The notes: generated by a model from the sequence alone, not told the origin. Counted from the first letter of the whole stretch, positions 51,817-61,706 are shown. The stretch is DNA of 61,895 nt, filler included, from 6 parts of 6 records of this genome joined end to end with filler, not necessarily neighbours in it, one strand, 5' to 3'. Numbers and translations are program-made.

Positions 51817-52000
51817 AGCGGGTCCGCACAGGGCGGTTCACTTCATAGAGCAAACCATTTCTATGATTTGATCAACAGTACCCCTGAGCTTTACACCAGA
51901 GCTGTTTAATGTTAATCAATCCTTGTTCTTCAAATCATTTATTCAACATAGTAGCATTTGTGACATGCGACTTAAATTGCCAATAGGACATCCTGCTGAC
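51817..52000 (-). pseudogene. 3' remnant of a group II intron (maturase tail + start of domain V)
   Basis: Minus strand SRMSYW...MLNK*FEEQGLINIKQLWCKAQGYC* followed by TGAACCGCCCTGTGCGGACCCGC (class C-type domain V with CGC triad). Confidence 0.8.
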
Positions 52001-52251
52001 ACCTTTAAATTTGTAATCATCAGAAGAAAACAAGAATATTAAATCGGGGCTCTTCTTGCCTCCTGCCAGTTCTCATTATTAAGACTCGGATCTCTATTCA
52101 GCCAACTTTTACTCATCATCCTCGAACAGTAATCCTCTTCTTAATAATGATAACCGTCACTCACCCGAAGAGCCGTTAATATAGATATGTGAAGTTTTTA
52201 AAATACGAGAAGTCTCATGCATTTTATTGCCACGAGCGGCCGTATTTGTCT

Positions 52252-52551
52252 CTATGACCGAAAACTGTTAATAGACCCTATAATCTTATCAATAAGCCCG
52301 TCATGGGCCTCCTTGGCGTCTATAAAGGCCCCTGGCTCCTCAACCATAAGCAGGTAAGGCGCGATCTGAAGCGCCGTTGACAACTTCTCCATCATGGGAA
52401 TACTCGGCTTCCTCTTATGAATCTCTATCTCAGCAAGATATATTTTGCTCAACCCGGCTTTTTCAGCCAGCTTTTCTTGAGACCATCCCAACTCATTTCT
52501 GAAGTATTGGACATTATCCTGAACTATTGTTTCTAGTGCTTTCTTACTCAT
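52252..52551 (-). CDS. XRE-family HTH transcriptional regulator
   Basis: R.ELGWSQEKLAEKAGLS..YLAEIE..KRKPS. Confidence 0.9.
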   Translation of the reverse strand: MSKKALETIVQDNVQYFRNELGWSQEKLAEKAGLSKIYLAEIEIHKRKPSIPMMEKLSTALQIAPYLLMVEEPGAFIDAKEAHDGLIDKIIGSINSFRS

Positions 52552-52596
52552 GGGCTTATTAGAAAGCTACCCTTCTATACGAGTGTACACAATTTT

Positions 52597-52636
52597 CTTA
52601 TAGCATATCGACATATGCTATAAGCCTATGTATAAT
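52597..52636 (+). promoter_or_regulatory. palindromic operator overlapping a sigma70 promoter
   Basis: CTTATAGCATAT-cgac-ATATGCTATAAG (52597-52624) straddles -35 TCGACA (52608); TATAAT at 52631 with 17-nt spacer. Confidence 0.75.
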
Positions 52637-52681
52637 CCTTCGTATCAGTTCACTGATGTTTCCTAAAAAAGGAGGACTACA

Positions 52682-53599
52682 TTGTCTTTTAGCTGCATTA
52701 GAGAAGAAATCTCTGTAATGGAAACACCCAAAATTAAGAATAAAGTGTTTCGAAGGATCGGATGGATACTATTAACGATGATAGCGGTTGGAGCGACAAC
52801 CTCAGCGGTAGGGATGAGTACTTTCTTGCCTATAATCATAGTAATATCGGTTATAGGGCCTGTACTATCGCTTCTGCTTTCAAAGAGCCAGGCAATAGAA
52901 AGATTCGATATTTCATTGATTGATAAAGAAAAGGCCAGCAATGAAGCCTTAGAGCTCATCAATTTGATAGAGCAGATAGGCCGAAATGCAGGATTAGCGA
53001 AAACACCAGAAATCGGGATCTACAAGTCCGATGATATCAATGCCTTTGCCACAGGAAGAAGTAAAGATGACAGCCTGATCGCATTTTCTTCCAGTTTAAT
53101 AGAATCAATGGATAGCCAGGCTATAGCGGGTGTAGCGGCTCATGAGGTGGCTCATATCGCAAATGGCGATATGGTGACTATGGTGTTTATTCACTCAATA
53201 GTAACCATCCTGACAAAGATTATTACTTTACCAATCCAATTATTGAAGTACGGGGCGCTCCTGAGCAGAAAGCCATCAATCATCATTTCTGTAATAGCGC
53301 ACTACACGGAAATAATCGTTTCATACTTTCTTCTCCTATTAGGGACTATCGTAACTAATCTGTTTTCCAGGAAAAGAGAGTATGCGGCCGATAATCTGGC
53401 CGCAGAATTAGTGGGAACAGGAAAGATGGTCAGTGCTCTTGAACGTTTGGATCAAGTAGAAGCGAAGGAATCAGATGATGTATCAGATAGCATCACTGCT
53501 CTTATGGTGAGTAATAAGAACAACTTCTTTGAGATTTTCTCTACTCATCCAGATCTGCAGAAACGAATCACTAAGTTAAATGAAATGGAGGAGCACTAG
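52682..53599 (+). CDS. HtpX-like M48 zinc metalloprotease
   Basis: NAFATG, HEVAHIANGDMVTM (HExxH), SRKREYAAD, FSTHP...RI; TTG start after AGGAGG. Confidence 0.9.
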   Translation: MSFSCIREEISVMETPKIKNKVFRRIGWILLTMIAVGATTSAVGMSTFLPIIIVISVIGPVLSLLLSKSQAIERFDISLIDKEKASNEALELINLIEQIGRNAGLAKTPEIGIYKSDDINAFATGRSKDDSLIAFSSSLIESMDSQAIAGVAAHEVAHIANGDMVTMVFIHSIVTILTKIITLPIQLLKYGALLSRKPSIIISVIAHYTEIIVSYFLLLLGTIVTNLFSRKREYAADNLAAELVGTGKMVSALERLDQVEAKESDDVSDSITALMVSNKNNFFEIFSTHPDLQKRITKLNEMEEH

Positions 53600-53600
53600 A

Positions 53601-55349
53601 ATGAGTTTACTCGATGAGCTTCTTGATGCAAGCGATGATAAGCCAGTAAATGTCGATCACATAGATGAAACTGAGGCAAAATCACTTCCTTTAAATGAAA
53701 AGATGGATGCCTATTTTAACCAGATTAATAAGAACTGGATGGGTATAGAAGGTAAACCATATTACCAAGGAATGACCAAGCAGGAGTTCCAGAATCAATA
53801 CAATTCCTTTTACTCGGGTATTCAAAATGATCAACAGGCTGTCTCACTGGGATTTCCACAGGGCTTCCAAAATCATATATACCTTGCACATACATTGGCA
53901 TCTGTCGAGAGGTATGATGATGCTCTCCAAGTTCTTAAAAACGTTACAGCACAAGATGAGAACCAGAAACAGGCATACGAAGAATTATCGGCTATCTATT
54001 GTCGAGTTGGAATGTATGAAGAAGCCGCTTTATGTGGTCAAAGGGTATATGATCTTCATCAGATAGAAGAAAATAAGTTCAAGAAATCCCCTGACCCGAT
54101 GCGACGAAAAATGGGAGTAAAGCTATACCCAGAGCAATCTTTCTACTTTGCGGTCTCTTCTATCCAAATGAAAGATTTCCAGCAAGCTAAAGAATGCTGT
54201 GCGAGAGGTATCACTGACCTTGGCAACTTTGGTATCAAAGAAACAGAACATGATAAAACTGGTGGAAGGTATGAAGCAATCGCACTCAGCCATTTTAACT
54301 TTCTTGAAGGATATATCCACTTCCAGGAGGCTAATTACGAGAAGTCTGTGATCAGCTTCTACAAAGCAAGTTATTTTTCTGGCAAGAACCAGTTACTTAT
54401 TTCCATTATTGAAGAGCTCTCCAGGGTACAGAACTTAGATCTTTCTCAAATATCTTCAATTCAGGAGTTTAGAAATACGATTGAGGCGAAGAGCCTAATC
54501 GGCAGCCAAGAGATTGATTATTTATTCCTTGCAATCGACCTTGCTGCTATGAATGTAGTTCAATCAGATGAGGAGCTTCAGGATTTCTATGAAGTCGTAC
54601 GACCTCATCTTAGGGCTCTCATTGGGTTAAACCTTGAAGCCCCAGAGAATGAGGATCGATGGTTGAAAATCCTTAGGACCATAAGTAATGAGAATATTGA
54701 AAATCCCTTAGAAATACTGGGAAAGATCAAGAATGACAAGATCAAAAACATGACCTGTGTCTCGTTGATCGAAATAGTAACACACTTTATGGCTGATGCT
54801 TTTGATAAAGGATCTATGGATGTAATCAACAAGATCTGTTGTGCACTCGGTGTGGATGAGAACTTGCTGGTTCAGATATACCATTTCTATAGGGATCTAT
54901 ATGTGAAACGATTGTCCCAGGGGGGATCGAACAGAGCATATTACCAGTCTGATGAGTATCTTAACCAAGACATTTACTATCTCTGGGGTGCAGTGTTCCT
55001 ATACCTGAAGTTTACTGATGCACTAAGCGATTCCAACTTGAATCTCTTTGGCCACTACATTGCTCGAATTAGCCAGAACACTCAAATAAACCTAGATTTT
55101 GCGAAACAGCATTTTCTAAATCAGAGTGAAGGGGATATCTTTGATTTTCTTGGAACAACAGAGAAGATCCAACTCTTCTATATCTCCTATACAATGATTG
55201 CTGAAGCAGTCGCCATTCAAAATAGTGAGATGACAGAAGGACAATTAAAAATGCTTACAAACTATAAGATGCTCATCGAAGAGATGACTGACATGGAAAT
55301 CAATGTTGAAGACGATCTCAAACTGATGAGAGTTAAACACGGACTATAA
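53601..55349 (+). CDS. TPR-repeat protein, possible TerB-like C-terminal domains
   Basis: TPR patterns (LA..LASVERYDDAL, LSAIY.RVGMYEEA, G.IHFQEANYEKS); ATG 53601 after GGAGGAG. Confidence 0.65.
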   Translation: MSLLDELLDASDDKPVNVDHIDETEAKSLPLNEKMDAYFNQINKNWMGIEGKPYYQGMTKQEFQNQYNSFYSGIQNDQQAVSLGFPQGFQNHIYLAHTLASVERYDDALQVLKNVTAQDENQKQAYEELSAIYCRVGMYEEAALCGQRVYDLHQIEENKFKKSPDPMRRKMGVKLYPEQSFYFAVSSIQMKDFQQAKECCARGITDLGNFGIKETEHDKTGGRYEAIALSHFNFLEGYIHFQEANYEKSVISFYKASYFSGKNQLLISIIEELSRVQNLDLSQISSIQEFRNTIEAKSLIGSQEIDYLFLAIDLAAMNVVQSDEELQDFYEVVRPHLRALIGLNLEAPENEDRWLKILRTISNENIENPLEILGKIKNDKIKNMTCVSLIEIVTHFMADAFDKGSMDVINKICCALGVDENLLVQIYHFYRDLYVKRLSQGGSNRAYYQSDEYLNQDIYYLWGAVFLYLKFTDALSDSNLNLFGHYIARISQNTQINLDFAKQHFLNQSEGDIFDFLGTTEKIQLFYISYTMIAEAVAIQNSEMTEGQLKMLTNYKMLIEEMTDMEINVEDDLKLMRVKHGL

Positions 55350-55371
55350 GTAATAAGAGAGGTAAACGAAT

Positions 55372-55779
55372 ATGAAAATTATTAAAATTGCAGCTTTGGT
55401 ATCTGTATGTATAATGGCACTGGGAATTGTCCGATGTAATATATCTGTTAGCAGCACCGTCAAAGCTATAGAGAAATATTATGACGAGATTACCTTAGTA
55501 TCAGAAACGGTAATGGGCACAGAGGATGAAGATAAAATACTGAAGGCTGCAAAAAGGTTCGGGAAAGCTTCAGAAAAATACTATTCTAAAATTGAGAGCT
55601 TCATGGATATAGCCGAAGGTGACAATGGTATGATTTCAGATAGGGTGATGAAAAGAGCAGCTGGTACATTAGAGAAAATTGACCGTGCTGAACGAGAACT
55701 AATTCCTGAGGTAGAACAAAAAGTAAGAAAGCTCGCAGAGAGCAGTCCTAAGATACGAAACTATATCGAATCGAATTAG
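55372..55779 (+). CDS. hypothetical exported/membrane-anchored helical protein
   Basis: Basic + hydrophobic N-terminus ending in Cys; SD GAGG. Confidence 0.6.
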   Translation: MKIIKIAALVSVCIMALGIVRCNISVSSTVKAIEKYYDEITLVSETVMGTEDEDKILKAAKRFGKASEKYYSKIESFMDIAEGDNGMISDRVMKRAAGTLEKIDRAERELIPEVEQKVRKLAESSPKIRNYIESN

Positions 55780-55803
55780 CCTCTTTTTTTGATATGGAAA
55801 ACA

Positions 55804-55845
55804 AGCCCCGCGTTCTCTTTGCGACGATGAAGAACGAGGGGCTTT
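55804..55845. terminator. hairpin between convergent genes
   Basis: AAGCCCC.CGTTCT...AGAACG.GGGGCTT followed by T-rich tract. Confidence 0.55.
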
Positions 55846-55871
55846 CTTATATTCTAGTCAGAATATCTTTT

Positions 55872-56054
55872 CTATTTTACCACAGCAGATTTCTTAACAA
55901 AACTGTCAACATTTTCCTTCCGGAACCTGATTGCCCCGAGAAACTTCAAACAGGGGATTTCCCCATTACTTGCATATCTATAGACCGTCGACCGAGATAA
56001 ACCCGTACAGGTCATTACATACGCCACAGAAACGATCTTTTGCCCTTCATCCAT
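55872..56054 (-). CDS. AlpA/excisionase-like HTH protein
   Basis: V...TGLSRSTVYRY...GEIP......IRF; SD GGAGGT. Confidence 0.85.
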   Translation of the reverse strand: MDEGQKIVSVAYVMTCTGLSRSTVYRYASNGEIPCLKFLGAIRFRKENVDSFVKKSAVVK

Positions 56055-56791
56055 ACATTACCTCCATTTTGCTAGAGCAACAGCATCATCATCCACTTAC
56101 ACCCCTGAAAATAGCATTTCAGCCTAATATAGGGGGGTGACTATCAATGATGATGCTGGGATTCATGCTCAACCAAGGTTATTCAATATCATTGACTATC
56201 ATTATTTATGTTCCCATATTTTTCAAAAGTATTAAGATCCTTACTCTACCCAACAGTCTCAAACGATTATTTTTGATTACAGGACGGTGAGATTATCAAG
56301 CAATAGAGAAATGGTAGTCGAATAAGTTTTTCATATCGTATCGATCCAATGATTACCAAAAGAACCTGCCTCCCTTCTGCTCTGCCCAGCCATATATTTT
56401 AATAAAAACTATCTGAACATATATAATGAAAGATTTGAGACACTTAGGAATGACGGTAACGACAAGACGACTAAGGCACTTCTCTGTAGGAGCAACACTC
56501 ACTACTACCGACCTATAATAGATTAGTAATAATATGGATTAGACAGGTAGGAAGGGACTCGGCTATGGGCTATGACAGGATAGGAATGGACTGTAGGAAA
56601 AGGAAGGAAATGAGAGGATAGAGACTACAATAGCCAGTACCCCCCCCCATGTAGGTTGTAGATGAAAAAGGTTAAAAGTGGAACACTATAATTAAAGAGT
56701 TTTGACATCGAACCTTTGTAAGATCTGTACTTCTCATTTATCGCTCAGAAGTAGCAGCAACACACTTAAGTCTGATGCTGCTACATGATCA

Positions 56792-57769
56792 CTAACTGCT
56801 CTGCAGGATGCTTTCCGGTGCAAGACTATCAGTTCTTCCAACAGTTTCAAATAGCAGAGTGTACAGCTCTGCCTCAGGGTTCAAATCCTCCCAGACCTCT
56901 TCGATTGACACGTACCGATTAATGGTCCGCCTAGAGAAGCTAGCCAGAGCATCAACGGCTTGAGTGGGACATAGCCTCAGGAAGTCGGGAATAAACTTGC
57001 CTGACTCTTGTACATAGACAGATCTTTTCGGGTCAATTTGACGCTCAATATATCTGGAGGTCATCCGCAGCTCTACACGCCAAACATGAGTTGAATCTAA
57101 TGCAGCCAAAGGAAGTTTCCCCTTATCGACTAAAGCCTTAGTTCTGTCATAGATTGCCAAAATAGGTTTATTCTTTACTCTATCTCTATCTCCTGAATCT
57201 CTCCATCCGTCTCGTGAATAGAACGTTTCACCAGCGTATTTTTCATTCATTTTTGGGCAGTTTCTCAACTCTTCAAAGTTAATATCATACTCATAAACAT
57301 CATAAGCAATCTCGACTTCATGTAACTTGGCATGAGAAAGTACATCTATCAGGATCTGCATATTTAACCTTTCCAAAATAGGAACACTCGCCTCTGGGGC
57401 CACTCTATAATAAGACTCATCACCAGTGACATGAGTTCGGTAGCATCCCTTATTCAATAAGGAGATAACCGCTCCATGAACAGGTTTATACATAGCTTCA
57501 AATGGATGCATATGCTCGGCATGGATATGAAGATAAGCAAACTGTCCATTAGGAAAAAAAGTCGAAATACTTTTACAGTTCTTCAGATCTGTAAAACGCT
57601 TTTTGACAACATCGCTTTGAGGGTGTAGTAGGGTTATCTTATCGATGGACCGGCCATATGCATCCGGGTACTCATAGCTCTGGTTATCTTTGAAGAATTT
57701 AGGTGGTCTAGTTACAGGTTCATTTCCGGGGATGATTTCCCTTACATTGTTAAGGTTTATTTTGTTCAT
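56792..57769 (-). CDS. putative replication initiator (Rep_trans-like)
   Basis: Ordered motifs EVEIAYD, GETFY, AIYDR, WRVELR; start moved to ATG 57769 after GGAG. Confidence 0.55.
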   Translation of the reverse strand: MNKINLNNVREIIPGNEPVTRPPKFFKDNQSYEYPDAYGRSIDKITLLHPQSDVVKKRFTDLKNCKSISTFFPNGQFAYLHIHAEHMHPFEAMYKPVHGAVISLLNKGCYRTHVTGDESYYRVAPEASVPILERLNMQILIDVLSHAKLHEVEIAYDVYEYDINFEELRNCPKMNEKYAGETFYSRDGWRDSGDRDRVKNKPILAIYDRTKALVDKGKLPLAALDSTHVWRVELRMTSRYIERQIDPKRSVYVQESGKFIPDFLRLCPTQAVDALASFSRRTINRYVSIEEVWEDLNPEAELYTLLFETVGRTDSLAPESILQSS

Positions 57770-57871
57770 TGTTTTACTCCATCTTGTGTATTTTGGCAGC
57801 AGAGAAAGCAACCTATTCTCAGAGAATATTTTTTTTTCTCCGTGAATGACACAGTTTCTCTGGGAAAAAGG

Positions 57872-58465
57872 TTATTTCTCTAAGGAATCGGTCAAGTCTC
57901 TTCCTCCGAGAACTTTGGGATAGAACCGCTCTGGATCTTCTTCCCATCGCATCAGGGTCTCCTCTTCAACAAAAGGGATCTCAAAGTGGGATCGGATTCG
58001 ATCGGAACATCCCTCCCAGGCCTCATTGGAGATATGGTTGGCTAAAAGCGTGATACATCGAAAAGTAAAAGACTTAGAGATGAATCCAGCCTCATATAGA
58101 TCCAGAATCTCATTGTATTTATGGTGATTAGCGTTTAAATAAATAGAAAGTCTCTTTTGTTCACAGATTAATCCCTTGACTGACTTAAGGAATATACCCT
58201 CGGCCAGAGTAATCATCTTTTTCGAGATCATTAGACTGCGATCCACCCCACGACATCGATCATATACAACTGTGGGCTTAACCTTTCCATCAACTAAATC
58301 CCTGATATCTTCTTCAGACGCCATCAGAAGGATCTTATGACTCATCGATACCCACTTCGAAGTTGTCTTCCCTTCAGCGATCAACCGTTTTGCGTCCTGT
58401 TTCAGATCAGCTTCATTCGGGTATTTAGAGACCAGTTCAGGTATAGTCAATTTTCCTTGTTTCAT
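57872..58465 (-). CDS. hypothetical protein
   Basis: 197-aa ORF with GGAGG SD inside the replication gene string. Confidence 0.7.
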   Translation of the reverse strand: MKQGKLTIPELVSKYPNEADLKQDAKRLIAEGKTTSKWVSMSHKILLMASEEDIRDLVDGKVKPTVVYDRCRGVDRSLMISKKMITLAEGIFLKSVKGLICEQKRLSIYLNANHHKYNEILDLYEAGFISKSFTFRCITLLANHISNEAWEGCSDRIRSHFEIPFVEEETLMRWEEDPERFYPKVLGGRDLTDSLEK

Positions 58466-58521
58466 GTTTCCTCCAAATGCAAGAGGGGATTAATCCCCTC
58501 TTGCTCATGTCCATTTATTTC

Positions 58522-59724
58522 CTACGATTTCAAGATCTTGATTACATCCCAGGTCTTTCCATCTGCTTTCTGTACAACATCCCCTTTGCCAAGGGCCGTC
58601 AGTACATTTGTTAAAGAGCCAGGGCTAAACTCACCACACTGGAGTTCAACAGTACTCTCCAACTCATCACGGGAGATGGTTTCGGCCTCCCAGCACTTCA
58701 AGGTTGACAGTACTACTGAACCCAGTTGTCTTTGTCTCTTGGAATCATTCCTTACGTAATCATCCAGTTTAGTGTACTTCGCTTCAAAATCAGAAATACG
58801 GTCCCTCAGAAGGTATAGATTATCATGCGCTTGATACCGGCTCTTATCGCAAGCCACCTCAAGTACAACAGCCCCATTCTCTTTGGATTCAACTTCCTCA
58901 AGTGTGTATACATAGTCCATCAGACGAAGCTTATCGCGCGGTCCATGGGACTCGTTTTTATCGTTGAGGTGATGAACGAAAATAGATGTAATCTTAGCTT
59001 TTCCAAGAGCATTAACCATCTTGCTAATCTGTTCTCTTGTAAGGACTCTGCCATTTTCGAGCCCCAGAAAGGAATCTACAACAATGGTATCGAATCCCAG
59101 ACGTTTCAATTCCTCTACAAGGAGGATAAAGCAAAGCACAACTCCAAATGTTTCATTCTTACCGATGCAATTTGCTTTACGTAGTTGACTAAGCCTTCTT
59201 TCATATTTCTCCAGAAACAGACTCATATCATCTTTTCCTGACATCGCCTGTTGACTTGCTCGTACTTTCAAGGCGTAATCAACCCGATTTTCAACAGACT
59301 TCATAAACCTTTGCAACCCTTCATTATTCATGAGTACATGTTGCTTATCCGGGTCAGTCTGGATATACCTCCTTAACTGCAATCCATCAAAATCTTCAGT
59401 AAGTAAGTGAAGTACTTTCTTACATCCGGGTGATTTGTCCACAATTTCCTTCGCAAGTAGGGATTTCCCTACTCCTTCTTGACTTATGATCATGTTTGCA
59501 CCGTGTTTCAGGAATAGACCTTCGTATAGAAATTCAAGCTCTATCGGAGTCGTATCCCTCAGATCTTCAACGGTTGTACAAAAGTCGAGTAATGAGATCG
59601 ATAAAGGAGGTTGAGTTGGAGGTGAAGGCATATTCATCGGTTGAGTATTCTTCTGAGGCATAACCATCATCTGCATCATCATGGGATTACAAGGCCACTG
59701 CGGTTGCATATAATTCATATTCAT
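58522..59724 (-). CDS. RecA/DnaB-fold ATPase (AAA_25, RepA-like helicase)
   Basis: Walker A SQEGVGKS, Walker B IVVDS, VHH motif, C-terminal wHTH-like region; ATG 59724 after AGGAG. Confidence 0.75.
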   Translation of the reverse strand: MNMNYMQPQWPCNPMMMQMMVMPQKNTQPMNMPSPPTQPPLSISLLDFCTTVEDLRDTTPIELEFLYEGLFLKHGANMIISQEGVGKSLLAKEIVDKSPGCKKVLHLLTEDFDGLQLRRYIQTDPDKQHVLMNNEGLQRFMKSVENRVDYALKVRASQQAMSGKDDMSLFLEKYERRLSQLRKANCIGKNETFGVVLCFILLVEELKRLGFDTIVVDSFLGLENGRVLTREQISKMVNALGKAKITSIFVHHLNDKNESHGPRDKLRLMDYVYTLEEVESKENGAVVLEVACDKSRYQAHDNLYLLRDRISDFEAKYTKLDDYVRNDSKRQRQLGSVVLSTLKCWEAETISRDELESTVELQCGEFSPGSLTNVLTALGKGDVVQKADGKTWDVIKILKS

Positions 59725-59966
59725 ATCGCTAACTCCTAACACCGGCTATTCATAGAGTCACGGTGTTGATTTATTAACCCTTCTCTAGACGCTCAGCAGT
59801 AATCTCCTGTTGAGCTATTTTAAAAAGAACAGAAATAAGCTGGAAAAAAATGGAAGGGTATTACATCTACGCATGTTTACTATTAAACAAATGCCATACC
59901 ACTTATTCAAATAGAAATTATTCCTATTCACTCATAGACAATCTTCCCTCATACGCGGGAATAAAG

Positions 59967-60158
59967 TTAATGTTGGTAATGCATATCGAGATATTTGATG
60001 ATATCAACTTCTCTATAGAGAAGTTTGCCGCCGCATTTCTGCCGTGGCAATATTTTCGCGGGAACCTTATATAAGGTAGAAGGTTTCAAACGTAGTAGAA
60101 CACTTGCCTCCGATAATGAGACAAGTTTAGGGATACGAGTATTAGCATGATTTGTCAT
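59967..60158 (-). CDS. excisionase-like HTH (HTH_17) protein
   Basis: LVSLSEA..LLRLKPSTLYK....LP..KCGGKLLYR; SD GAGG. Confidence 0.85.
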   Translation of the reverse strand: MTNHANTRIPKLVSLSEASVLLRLKPSTLYKVPAKILPRQKCGGKLLYREVDIIKYLDMHYQH

Positions 60159-60223
60159 GTTCTATCCTCTCTTTAAATAATTTATCTAGATAATACTGAA
60201 ATAAATCAAAAAGCAGACAGAAT

Positions 60224-60247
60224 AAGCACTCTGGCTACAGAGTGCTT
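60224..60247 (-). terminator. hairpin after the 369-aa ORF
   Basis: AAGCACTCTG-GCTA-CAGAGTGCTT perfect 10-bp stem. Confidence 0.5.
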
Positions 60248-60279
60248 GAATAATTCCTTTCACATAATATAATTAAAAC

Positions 60280-61389
60280 TTATTTTTTATCCATTGGTCG
60301 ATATACATTCCATCTATCAAACCTTACTTTACTCAATTCATTTATTAACCTATTTAAAATTTCCTCTAAAATATTATAGTCATACTTATTTTTATTCTTA
60401 GCTACTTTCCCCCCCTCTTCCCGAATAGACCTTGAAATGGAATGTATGTGGTTATCAGTAAGTTCCTTAGGATTAGATTGAGAGTCAATGAGGAACATTC
60501 CTGCCAGTATTTTAGGCAGTCCATCAAAGAGACCGATTCTCTTAACATCTTCAATCCCATAGGATATATAACCGATCTCTTTTAACGCCTCAAATAATAC
60601 AAGAAGGCTATGATTCCTTGAGATATTTCCAGAAACTGCCTTCCAGACCATTTTTTCTTGAGAATCGACCTTGTTACCTTTATTCATAAACTCATACATC
60701 TCAGAAAAGACTTCATTTAAACAACTTGAACCTCGGGATTTAAACAAATCTTTAAAGGAAATGTATGATCGTGCAAGAATGAGAAAGTAATTGTATCTAA
60801 GGCGATTTGAAACTTTCTCATCACTATGAAGAATGCGCTGTACAACTTTATCCTTAACATCATCAGAAATATAGTCAACATTCATCACATAATTATCTTC
60901 TGATATTCCTAAGAGGTCTCTACATTGCTTTTTGATCTCTATATATTTGTACGAAAGTAACTGATCATAATAATAAGCATTTGCACTATGAATAAGTTTA
61001 TTCCTACAAAATGAGATATAATCTGGATTATTGATTAGATAAGTGAGCATTATGCCCTTCGTATTAATAAAATAATAATCTGTAAAAGAGTAGATTCTAA
61101 ATAGTTCCTTGATATTATCAAGAGAGAATTCATCAATAAAAGCTTCTATTTCCTTAATCTCATTAAAGACAGGAACTCCCTTTTCATCTAGTGCGAAGAA
61201 GGGATAAAGCTGATATGAGGTGATATCTATTTTTTTCATAAAATTAATTGCATGTTGCTCTAACTTTTTCTCGTCACCAATTCTCATGTCTTCTTGCAAA
61301 TTACTTACTTCCGTTTCCTTCATAATCAATACGTCCCTAGTAATGTTTAGTTTCGAAGTGAGATAGACCCATCTCTGTTCTCCATACAA
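60280..61389 (-). CDS. hypothetical protein (AT-rich; start may be 61323)
   Basis: 369-aa uninterrupted ORF, no motif recognised. Confidence 0.7.
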   Translation of the reverse strand: MYGEQRWVYLTSKLNITRDVLIMKETEVSNLQEDMRIGDEKKLEQHAINFMKKIDITSYQLYPFFALDEKGVPVFNEIKEIEAFIDEFSLDNIKELFRIYSFTDYYFINTKGIMLTYLINNPDYISFCRNKLIHSANAYYYDQLLSYKYIEIKKQCRDLLGISEDNYVMNVDYISDDVKDKVVQRILHSDEKVSNRLRYNYFLILARSYISFKDLFKSRGSSCLNEVFSEMYEFMNKGNKVDSQEKMVWKAVSGNISRNHSLLVLFEALKEIGYISYGIEDVKRIGLFDGLPKILAGMFLIDSQSNPKELTDNHIHSISRSIREEGGKVAKNKNKYDYNILEEILNRLINELSKVRFDRWNVYRPMDKK

Positions 61390-61706
61390 AGTGTGTTAGC
61401 ACTTCAATATTTCCAATCCAGAAGATCTAATACCTATCTCTAGCAGGACAAAAATCCACATGCCTTAGAGTTACTACCTTATCTCTGATAAATATGTCAA
61501 CTCTGATAGTTCATTATTAAGGTGTACTCACTAGAAACTGACTCTCTACCACATCTAGGATGACAGTAGTCCTCCTCTACGTAAACAAGCAGCTAAATAA
61601 CTCCCAGAGTAGGAATAAATATCGTAGGAAAAGAAGAAGACGGTATCAGTAAAATCTAGCCTAATCCCTTTTTATAGAAATGATCTGAAATAAGTGCCTC
61701 TAATAC

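Noticed and set aside
51935-51937. TGA read as Trp (alternative genetic code) in contig 6
   Set aside because: Long ORFs in this contig are intact under code 11 and use TGG; a single TGA in a truncated intron remnant fits a nonsense mutation
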